A stretch of DNA of 64,000 nucleotides from Candidatus Nomurabacteria bacterium (GTDB lineage: Bacteria > Patescibacteriota > Minisyncoccia > Phycocordibacterales > UBA9973). Location: assembly GCA_943348755.1 (NCBI GenBank), contig CALQYS010000001.1, positions 1,467 through 65,466 on the forward strand. Reading direction: 5' to 3'. The position numbers and the translations under genes were made by a program. The first letter of the stretch is position 1; the number at the start of each line of letters is the position of its first letter. The notes beneath the pieces were generated by a model. That model was given only the letters and a program-made list of their open reading frames with translations, had not been told where the DNA came from and did not search any database. Below are positions 26,994 to 35,041 of the stretch, one piece after another.

Positions 26994-29078
26994 ATGGAAT
27001 TGCCGGAAATACCTATAAATAAAGAGATAACATATCTTGGTATCACTACTTATCGGGACAAGAATCAGCTTTTTGGCATCAAGCGCAAGGATAGGCGCCA
27101 GCATGTTTATCTTCTTGGTAAATCCGGTACTGGTAAATCCGTGCTGATGTTCAACATGATCATCCAGAACATCAAGAATGGTGATGGAGTTTGTATGGTT
27201 GACCCGCACGGGGAAAATGTCGAAGCAGTTCTCTCCGCTATCCCTCCGCATCGCATCAAAGATGTCGTTTATTTTAATCCAGCTGACGCTGATCATCACA
27301 TCGGGTTCAACGTTCTTGAACTTATTGATCCGCAATACAAGCATTTGGTGGCTTCGGGGCTCATGGGTATTTTCACGAAGATCTGGGCGAATGCGTGGAG
27401 CGCCCGCATGGAATATATTTTGAATAATGCTATCTTGGCCCTACTCGATACTCCGGGTACGACTTTACTTGGAATTCCACGTATGCTTGTCGATAAGGAT
27501 TACCGCCAAAAAATAATTTCAAATTTAAAAGACCCGGTTATCAAGGCTTTTTGGGTCCACGAATACGAAGCTTGGCAAGATAAATTTAGAAATGAAGCGA
27601 TCGCTCCGATTCAAAACAAAGTCGGCCAGTTTTTATCTACTTCTATCATCCGCAATGTCGTCGGCCAGTCCAAAAGTACGATAAATATTTTTGACATGAT
27701 GAATGATGGCAAGATTTTCTTGGTGAACGTTTCCAAAGGGCGTATTGGTGAAGACAACTCTGGTCTCTTGGGGGGCATGATCATCACTAAAATCCAGCTA
27801 GCGGCCATGGAACGCGTGCGTATCCCCGAGGAATCCCGTAAAGACTTCTATCTCTTTGTAGACGAATTCCAAAACTTCGTCACCGATGCTTTCGCCGGTA
27901 TTTTATCTGAGGCTCGAAAATATAGACTGAATCTGACAGTGGCGCACCAATATACTGCCCAATTAGTCGTGGATAAAAGTTCTGCGGTGCGTGATGCGGT
28001 CTTCGGCAACGTGGGCACGACCATAGTCTTTAGAGTTGGTGCCGATGATGCAGAATTTTTAGAGAGTGAATTTGAGCCGGAATTTACCCCTCAAGATATA
28101 GTGAATTTGCCAAACTATAAGATTTATTTGAAATTAATGATCGACGGGGTCACTTCTCGTCCCTTTTCTGCTAAAACCTTGCCACCTCTTGTGAAAACTG
28201 GTGATAAAAAGATTGAAGAAGAAGTAATTAGATCTTCACGTGCTCTGTATTGTAGAAGCAAAGAAGTTGTAGAGAAAGAAATTAACGATTGGAGTGGGAT
28301 GTCGCTTGGCAATGAGTCTGATACTGGAAACAGCGTTTTAGAAAAATTCCCCGCAATTTGTTCATTTTGTAAAAAAGAAACGACCGTGCCCTTCAAGCCG
28401 GATCCAGGCCGAGCAGTATATTGTAAAGAATGTATTGCAAAGATAAAGTCTGGTGAGGTAAAAGTAGAAAAAAGTTCAGAAAATCAGATCAGACATGATG
28501 AAACCACCTTCTTCAGACCATTGGCTGATTTAGGTATAGAATTTAAACAAAATAATGGAACAAATGGAAACGGTGAGAGATATCCGCAAAGGGTGGACCA
28601 TCACATGGATAAACCTCATCCTGGGATGAAGAAATTTGTCCCTACAGCAACCAAGCCGGCGCCATTTTCGGCCAAGCCAGGGATTATCGGGGCTATTAAA
28701 AAAGTTTTCGTTAAAAGTGGGGTTTCAGCACCAGCCAAGGCTCCTGTTCCCAAAAAGCCAGCTAAAGATAATACTGAACTCAGAGAATTTTTAAATAAGA
28801 CACTAGCCGCAAACGCTCCCACCTCGACTCCGATTAGTAAGAGCGTCGTGAGTCCGGTAGTTAAAAATACTGGACCAGCGCCGGTTTCCTTAGACACTCT
28901 CAAAAACCCTGTGAAGCAGGCGGATAAAATAAACACATCTCCTAAGGATCGTGCTGCTAGTCCGGAAGATATGAATAAGTTGAAAGATTTAATCTCGTCC
29001 GCCTCTACTACAGGCTCCGGCGAGACAAAGAAGGTGAAAGAAGTGCCTGAAGACGTTCTGCGGAAAATTTTAGAATAA
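26994..29078 (+). CDS. FtsK/HerA-superfamily P-loop ATPase (DUF87/HerA- or TraD-like) with C-terminal ClpX-like C4 zinc finger and K/P/A-rich tail (ATPase 1)
   Basis: FGIKRKDRRQHVYLLGKSGTGKS (Walker A), VDPHGE, DFYLFVDEFQNF (Walker B), LNLTVAHQY; C-terminal CSFCKKETTVPFKPDPGRAVYCKECIAK; leaderless from TGTATAAT at 26980-26987. Confidence 0.75.
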   Translation: MELPEIPINKEITYLGITTYRDKNQLFGIKRKDRRQHVYLLGKSGTGKSVLMFNMIIQNIKNGDGVCMVDPHGENVEAVLSAIPPHRIKDVVYFNPADADHHIGFNVLELIDPQYKHLVASGLMGIFTKIWANAWSARMEYILNNAILALLDTPGTTLLGIPRMLVDKDYRQKIISNLKDPVIKAFWVHEYEAWQDKFRNEAIAPIQNKVGQFLSTSIIRNVVGQSKSTINIFDMMNDGKIFLVNVSKGRIGEDNSGLLGGMIITKIQLAAMERVRIPEESRKDFYLFVDEFQNFVTDAFAGILSEARKYRLNLTVAHQYTAQLVVDKSSAVRDAVFGNVGTTIVFRVGADDAEFLESEFEPEFTPQDIVNLPNYKIYLKLMIDGVTSRPFSAKTLPPLVKTGDKKIEEEVIRSSRALYCRSKEVVEKEINDWSGMSLGNESDTGNSVLEKFPAICSFCKKETTVPFKPDPGRAVYCKECIAKIKSGEVKVEKSSENQIRHDETTFFRPLADLGIEFKQNNGTNGNGERYPQRVDHHMDKPHPGMKKFVPTATKPAPFSAKPGIIGAIKKVFVKSGVSAPAKAPVPKKPAKDNTELREFLNKTLAANAPTSTPISKSVVSPVVKNTGPAPVSLDTLKNPVKQADKINTSPKDRAASPEDMNKLKDLISSASTTGSGETKKVKEVPEDVLRKILE

Positions 29079-29079
29079 A

Positions 29080-30741
29080 ATGAATCAAGAATGTAAAAAG
29101 TGCAAACAAAATTTCACCTTAGATAAAGATGATCTGTCTTTTTATGAAAAGATGAAAGTGCCGACACCCAAAGTCTGTCCAGACTGCCGTTTCAAAATGC
29201 GCGCGATGTTTCGCAATGAAACCACTCTTTACTCTGGGCGCAAATGCGCGCTTTGCGGTAAGGCACTGATTTCAATGTATAATCCGAAATCCCCATATAT
29301 TATTTACTGTCCAGACTGTTTTTATTCTGAAAAATGGGAGCCAAGAGACTATGCAAGAGACTATGATTTTAACAGGCCATTTTTAGAGCAAATGAAAGAA
29401 TTTCTACTGTCAGTTCCGAAAATAAGTCTATTCCTTAATTTTTCTGATGGCAAAAACGTGAATAGCGAATATTCGAATATGGCTGGAGGTCTCAAAAATT
29501 GTTATCTGGTTTTCAACACCAGTCCTGCGGAAGACTTGATGTATTCTAGGGGTATCCGGCATGGTAATGATTCATCGGATATATATTTTGGCACCAGTTT
29601 CGAGAGATGCTATGAGTGTGTGAATGTTCAACAATCTGCTGATATCCTATATGGTAAGAATATTACTGGAGGGGTGGATTGTGCTTTTGTTTCAAACTGT
29701 CGGGGGCTTACAAATTGCTTTGGCTGTGTAAATCTAAATAACAAGTCCCATTATTTCCTCAATGAGCCCATGGATGTAAAGGAATACAAAAAAAAGGTTT
29801 ACGAAATATTAGGCAGTTATAAAAAAACAGAAGAATTTAAAAAAGAATTTGGAAAATTTACACTTGGTTTCCCGGTACGAGAAAATAATAACATAAAAAA
29901 TGTTAATTCAACCGGAGATTATTTGTTTGAATGTAAAAATGTTCACGATTCCTTTGAGGCTGCCGGCGCAGAAGATTCCAAGTACCTGTTTTCTTCTAAA
30001 GGAGTTAAAGATTCCTTAGGCATTATCGGTTATGGCACACAATCAGAAAAATTACTCGAGGTTGTGGCTACAGGATATTCCAGCAACATAGTGGGTACGT
30101 ATGCCGCTGATAATTGCCGTGATATCTTGTATGGATTTTACGTCAAGAATTGTAAAGATTGTGTTGCTTGCGACGCTCTCAAAAACGGTAAATACTCAGT
30201 TTTTAATAAAGAATATTCCAAAGAAGAATATGAAAAAATTCGCGAACATATAATCAATGAGCTAAAAGAGAAGGATCTACATGGTCTTATGATGCCGCAA
30301 GAACTTGCCCCCTTTGCTTATAATGAAACAGTTGCACAGGAAAATTTTCCACTTACCAAAGAGGAAATATTGTCGCAGGGTTTCCGCTTCGAGGATGACA
30401 TACAAAAGACAGAAGGCAAAGAGACCATACAACCTCAGGATATTCCTGATCATATAAAAGATGTGTCAGATTCCATCACTACTGAGATTCTAGCTTGCAT
30501 AAATTGCAATCGTAATTATAAAATCACAGAGCAAGAGCTTTTATTTTACAAGAAAATGAATCTTTCGATACCAAGGAAGTGTTTCTATTGCCGACATCAA
30601 GATCGCATCATTCGTCGAGGGCCATATAAATTCTGGGATAGAAATTGCGCTAAATGTGGAAAGGGGATTACGACCAACTATGCCCCCGATCGGCCGGAAA
30701 TAGTGTATTGTGAAAAGTGTTATCAGCAAGAAGTGTATTAA
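29080..30741 (+). CDS. Cys-rich zinc-ribbon repeat protein, family member C1
   Basis: MNQECKKCKQNF..FYEKMKVPTPKVCPDCR; C-terminal CFYCRHQDRIIRRGPYKFWDRNCAKC...YAPDRPEIVYCEKCYQQEVY; starts 1 nt after the ATPase 1 stop. Confidence 0.7.
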   Translation: MNQECKKCKQNFTLDKDDLSFYEKMKVPTPKVCPDCRFKMRAMFRNETTLYSGRKCALCGKALISMYNPKSPYIIYCPDCFYSEKWEPRDYARDYDFNRPFLEQMKEFLLSVPKISLFLNFSDGKNVNSEYSNMAGGLKNCYLVFNTSPAEDLMYSRGIRHGNDSSDIYFGTSFERCYECVNVQQSADILYGKNITGGVDCAFVSNCRGLTNCFGCVNLNNKSHYFLNEPMDVKEYKKKVYEILGSYKKTEEFKKEFGKFTLGFPVRENNNIKNVNSTGDYLFECKNVHDSFEAAGAEDSKYLFSSKGVKDSLGIIGYGTQSEKLLEVVATGYSSNIVGTYAADNCRDILYGFYVKNCKDCVACDALKNGKYSVFNKEYSKEEYEKIREHIINELKEKDLHGLMMPQELAPFAYNETVAQENFPLTKEEILSQGFRFEDDIQKTEGKETIQPQDIPDHIKDVSDSITTEILACINCNRNYKITEQELLFYKKMNLSIPRKCFYCRHQDRIIRRGPYKFWDRNCAKCGKGITTNYAPDRPEIVYCEKCYQQEVY

Positions 30742-30744
30742 ATA

Positions 30745-32490
30745 ATGAAAGAAGAAACGAAAAATTGTCAAAACTGTAAGAAAAATTTCGTAATCGAATC
30801 GGAAGATTTTAATTTTTATGAAAAAATGCAAGTTCCACCACCGACTTTTTGCCCAGAGTGTCGGCTGATTCGCAGATTTATCTGGAGAAATGAAAGGAAT
30901 TTATACAAAGACGTTTGTGAACTTTGTAAAAAAAATATAATCTCAGTTTATGCCCCCGAGAGTCCTTATGTGGTCTATTGTCCAGATTGCTGGAAGGGGG
31001 ACGGTTGGGACCCCATCAGTTATGGGCAGGATTATGACTTCTCAAAACCATTTTTTGAACAATTTAATGAATTGTTAAAAAAAGTTCCCCGATCTGCTTT
31101 TCATCAGACCAATGTTATCAATAGTCCCTATGCTAATTATTCAGAGGATATAAAAAATGTCTATCTTTCTTATTCGATTATTCACGAATGCGAAAATGTC
31201 TTTTATTCTAGACTGGTTGATCATTCAAAACAAATTTTAGATTGTTGTGACTTGAGTTATTCAGAGATATGTTATGAAAACGTGAGTTGCAAAAAGAATT
31301 ATAATACTAATTTTGCCTATTTTTCTCGGAATGTCATAGACTCTACGTTTGTATATGATTGTATAAATGTATCGAACTGTTTTCTTTGTACAAATTTACG
31401 CAATAAGCAGTATTGTTATAAAAACAAACCCCATTCTAAGGAGGAATATTTAAAGATCATAAAAGATTATAATCTGGGTTCTCGTGATGGCCTGGATAAG
31501 GCAAAGAGTGAGTTCAAGGAACTGTACAGTCATGCCATACATCGTTTTACTCACCTTATCAATACGACAGATAGTACGGGGGAAAATCTGTATAATTGTA
31601 GGAATGTTAAATATTCTTTTAATGTGGATGATGGTGAAAACTCCAAGTATATTTTTCGTTCTCCCAGCGTTAAGGATTCGATGGATTCTTCACATTTGGG
31701 TGGGTCAGAACAAGTGTATGAGTATATGAATGGGGGAGCTACAGGTAGTCAATTCTTAAAATTTTGCATTAATTTAAAGCCAGCCAATAACAATGTAGAA
31801 TACTCAGATTATTGCGGTTCTGTTTCTAATGTATTTGCTTCTACTGGTGTCAGAAATAAAAAATACATTATTTTTAATAGGCAATATGAAAAGAAAGAGT
31901 ATGAAGCCCTTGTTTTAAAAATCAAAAGTCACATGGACGAAATGCCCTATGTGGATAAGAGGGGTAGGATATACAAATATGGAGAATTTTTCCCTAGTGA
32001 GCTTTCACCTTTTGCTTATAATGAAACTTTGGCTCATGAATATTTTCCTAAAAACAAAGATGAAATTGAATCAATGGGTTTTCGTTTTAGAGAAAGGGAA
32101 AAACGGAGTGAAATAAAAGCTATAAGCGCACAAGCGATCGGATCAAATATCAATGAAGTTTCTCCAGAAATCACTGATGAACTTATCGCTTGCGACAATA
32201 ATGGTAAAGAAGAAACACTCTGCACTTTTGCCTTTAAAGTATTACCAGACGAGTTTGCTTCCTATAAAAAAGCTAATTTACCCATACCAACTAAATGTCC
32301 TAATTGTCGTTATTTTGAACGTACCAAATTTGTTAATCCTCTTAAACTTTGGCATCGATCTTGCATGTGCTCCCAAAAGAGTCATAATCATAAAGAAGGG
32401 AGGTGTTCTAATGAATTTGAAACGAGCTATGCGCCAGACAGGCCCGAAATAATCTATTGTGAACGTTGTTATCAGCAGGAAGTTTACTAA
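30745..32490 (+). CDS. Cys-rich zinc-ribbon repeat protein, family member C2
   Basis: MKEETKNCQNCKKNFVIESEDFNFYEKMQVPPPTFCPECR; C-terminal CPNCRYFER..LWHRSCMC..YAPDRPEIIYCERCYQQEVY. Confidence 0.7.
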   Translation: MKEETKNCQNCKKNFVIESEDFNFYEKMQVPPPTFCPECRLIRRFIWRNERNLYKDVCELCKKNIISVYAPESPYVVYCPDCWKGDGWDPISYGQDYDFSKPFFEQFNELLKKVPRSAFHQTNVINSPYANYSEDIKNVYLSYSIIHECENVFYSRLVDHSKQILDCCDLSYSEICYENVSCKKNYNTNFAYFSRNVIDSTFVYDCINVSNCFLCTNLRNKQYCYKNKPHSKEEYLKIIKDYNLGSRDGLDKAKSEFKELYSHAIHRFTHLINTTDSTGENLYNCRNVKYSFNVDDGENSKYIFRSPSVKDSMDSSHLGGSEQVYEYMNGGATGSQFLKFCINLKPANNNVEYSDYCGSVSNVFASTGVRNKKYIIFNRQYEKKEYEALVLKIKSHMDEMPYVDKRGRIYKYGEFFPSELSPFAYNETLAHEYFPKNKDEIESMGFRFREREKRSEIKAISAQAIGSNINEVSPEITDELIACDNNGKEETLCTFAFKVLPDEFASYKKANLPIPTKCPNCRYFERTKFVNPLKLWHRSCMCSQKSHNHKEGRCSNEFETSYAPDRPEIIYCERCYQQEVY

Positions 32491-32526
32491 AATAAATCTA
32501 TGCTATGGCGTAGATTAAAAAAGACA

Positions 32527-34269
32527 ATGCACCAAGAAGAAACGAAAAATTGTCAAAATTGTAAGAAAAATTTCGTAATCGAATCGGAAGATTTTAATTT
32601 TTATGAAAAGATAAAAGTTCCGGCACCGACTTGGTGTCCGGAATGTCGAGCCATGCGCAGATTGATCTGGCGCAACGAACGTTCTCTCTATCACAACACC
32701 TGTGCTTTTTCTGGCAAAAATCTTATATCCATGTTTTCTCCGGAAACTAAATTAGTGATGTACGATCATGACATTTGGTGGAGCGATAAATGGGATCCGC
32801 TTACTTATGGACAGGATTATGATTTTTCTAGGCCATTTTTCGAACAATACAAAGAATTGTTGCAACGAGTACCACTTATGAATTTGGGCAATATAAATTG
32901 CTTACAAGGCGAATATGGCAATCACAATACTGATTGCAAAAAATTTTACTTAGCCTATGCATGTTATGGAAGTGAAAATATTTCTTATAGCCAAGGAACG
33001 GTGGGTGTGAAAGACTCTATAGATCTTTATACCGTAATGAAGTCAGAAAAGTGTTATGAAAATGTAACATGCACTGGCCTTTATCAAACCCATTTCAGCT
33101 ATGACAGTGATGATTCCATCGACTCTGCTTTTTTGACTTGTTGCATAAACTTACAAAATTGTTTGGGTTGCATCAATCTTCGCCATAAAAGCTATTGTAT
33201 TTTCAATAAGCAATATTCGAAGGCTGATTATGAAAATGAACGAGCCAAATATGATTTTGGAAGTTATCAGGCTTTAGAAAATTTCAAAGAAAAATATAAT
33301 GATTTTATTAAAACCGAACCTAGGCGATTTGCTAGTATTTTAAAGTCTACAAATGTAACTGGTGACAATATTATAAATTCAAAAAATAGTAAAAATATTT
33401 TTGATGTTTATGGTGATGTTGAGGATTCAAAATATGTAGCTCATGTGATGGATCTGAAAGATAGTTATGATTTATATGGTGGGGGAATTGCCTCTCTTTT
33501 ATATGAAGGTGTTGACGAAGGCGTCGATGCTTTTAAGCAGTTTTTTGGTCTCCTTACCCACAGCTGTCTCGAAACTAACTATACTTATATGTGTTACGGC
33601 TCCGAATACTTGTTCGGCTGCATTGGGCTTAGAAACCAAAATCACTGTATTTTGAATAAAAAGTATTCTAAAGAGGAATACGAAAAACTAATGCCGAAAA
33701 TGATTGAACACATGAATACCGTGCCTTACGTCGACAGTCTCGGCAGAATTTACCGATATGGAGAATTTTTCCCCACTGATTTATCTCCGTTTGCTTATAA
33801 CGAAACAATTGCGGGTGAGTATTATACTTTAAACAAGAAAGAGGCGAAAGGTTATGGTTTCAAATGGAAAGAGAAAGAGGAAAGGGATTACAAAATAGAA
33901 ATTAAAACTGAAAATCTGCCAGACCATATCAAAGAAGTTGATGAAAGTATTATTGGTAAAATTATCGGCTGTTTACATAAGGGCGAATGCGAAGAGCAGT
34001 GTACTGAGGCATTTAAAATATTGGATTCAGAGTTCCAATTTTATAAAAAAAATAATTTTGCGCTTCCAAGGCTCTGCCCAAATTGCCGTCACTTTCAGAG
34101 ATTAAAAAAGAGGAATCCGATAAAGCTTTGGCATAGGTCTTGTATGTGCGAAAAGCAAGGACATTTTCATGGTCAGGAAAAGTGCGAAGTGCAATTCGAA
34201 ACTAGCTACGCGCCAGACCGTCCGGAAATAATATATTGCGAGAAATGTTATCAGCAGGAAGTGTATTAG
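32527..34269 (+). CDS. Cys-rich zinc-ribbon repeat protein, family member C3
   Basis: MHQEETKNCQNCKKNFVIESEDFNFYEKIKVPAPTWCPECR (5' ~80 nt nearly identical to C2); C-terminal IIYCEKCYQQEVY; an alternative upstream start exists at 32500. Confidence 0.7.
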   Translation: MHQEETKNCQNCKKNFVIESEDFNFYEKIKVPAPTWCPECRAMRRLIWRNERSLYHNTCAFSGKNLISMFSPETKLVMYDHDIWWSDKWDPLTYGQDYDFSRPFFEQYKELLQRVPLMNLGNINCLQGEYGNHNTDCKKFYLAYACYGSENISYSQGTVGVKDSIDLYTVMKSEKCYENVTCTGLYQTHFSYDSDDSIDSAFLTCCINLQNCLGCINLRHKSYCIFNKQYSKADYENERAKYDFGSYQALENFKEKYNDFIKTEPRRFASILKSTNVTGDNIINSKNSKNIFDVYGDVEDSKYVAHVMDLKDSYDLYGGGIASLLYEGVDEGVDAFKQFFGLLTHSCLETNYTYMCYGSEYLFGCIGLRNQNHCILNKKYSKEEYEKLMPKMIEHMNTVPYVDSLGRIYRYGEFFPTDLSPFAYNETIAGEYYTLNKKEAKGYGFKWKEKEERDYKIEIKTENLPDHIKEVDESIIGKIIGCLHKGECEEQCTEAFKILDSEFQFYKKNNFALPRLCPNCRHFQRLKKRNPIKLWHRSCMCEKQGHFHGQEKCEVQFETSYAPDRPEIIYCEKCYQQEVY

Positions 34270-35012
34270 ATTTTATAGACTGCACGATATGTGGCAATGA
34301 TGGCAGCGGTTTCTCCACGTAGGGTTAAGTTGCCAAGAGATGCAGGTGTGTAGCCATGCTCTTTTGCTAGTGTAATTTCTTTTTCTGTGAATCCACCTTC
34401 GGGTCCGATAAAAATATTTACCGAACTTGCTTCTAGGCCTGGCGCATAGTCTTTGGTGTTTTTATCCGTATGGAAAATAATTTTTTCTTCAGCCTCTCCA
34501 TTTATTGCTTCAGAAAAATCAAAAATTTCAAACAATTCCGGCAAAGTGGCGCGGCCGCACTGTTCGCTCGCTTCTAGAATTATCTTTTCTAAGCGGGGAA
34601 TGTTGAGCCCTGTTTTTATCGTACGTTCAGTAATTATAGGTGTAATAGTTGATACTCCGCACTCTACTGCTTTTTGTACAGCTAATTCAAAATTTTCCTT
34701 CTTCAATATTGCTAAATATAAATTCACTTTTCTTGCCTCGCTGAAGCCTTCGGTGGAAGCGGGCCCGTTTGTTCTACTAGCTTTTCCAATGATTGTATCA
34801 TTAGATAAGAATTCTAAAGTAATTTGAGCTTCCTTTCCTTTACCGTCAGAAAGCGTGATCTGATCTCCTTTTTCTAATCTCAAAACAGACCTTATTTGCT
34901 TGATTGTTTTAGGGTCAGTTATGGCCACTTCTTCCTTTGAGATATCGTATTCTCCAATAAACCTGTGTATTTTCATAATGAACATGATACACATTTCCCA
35001 TTGAGTAATCAA
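34266..35012 (-). CDS. rsmE: 16S rRNA (uracil1498-N3)-methyltransferase RsmE
   Basis: N-terminal PUA-like fold (HRFIGEYDI...IRSVLRL.KGD), C-terminal SPOUT motifs (IFIGPEGGFTEKEI, LGNLTLRGETAA). Confidence 0.8.
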   Translation of the reverse strand: MITQWEMCIMFIMKIHRFIGEYDISKEEVAITDPKTIKQIRSVLRLEKGDQITLSDGKGKEAQITLEFLSNDTIIGKASRTNGPASTEGFSEARKVNLYLAILKKENFELAVQKAVECGVSTITPIITERTIKTGLNIPRLEKIILEASEQCGRATLPELFEIFDFSEAINGEAEEKIIFHTDKNTKDYAPGLEASSVNIFIGPEGGFTEKEITLAKEHGYTPASLGNLTLRGETAAIIATYRAVYKI

Positions 35013-35041
35013 TAAATAACTGCTAAAATGACGGTATCTAT

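Noticed and set aside
19339-34269. Repeated nearly identical ~80-nt and ~35-nt blocks that at first looked like direct repeats or IS termini
   Set aside because: They coincide exactly with the 5' and 3' coding ends of the Cys-rich paralogs. There is no transposase, no inverted terminal repeats and no target-site duplications.
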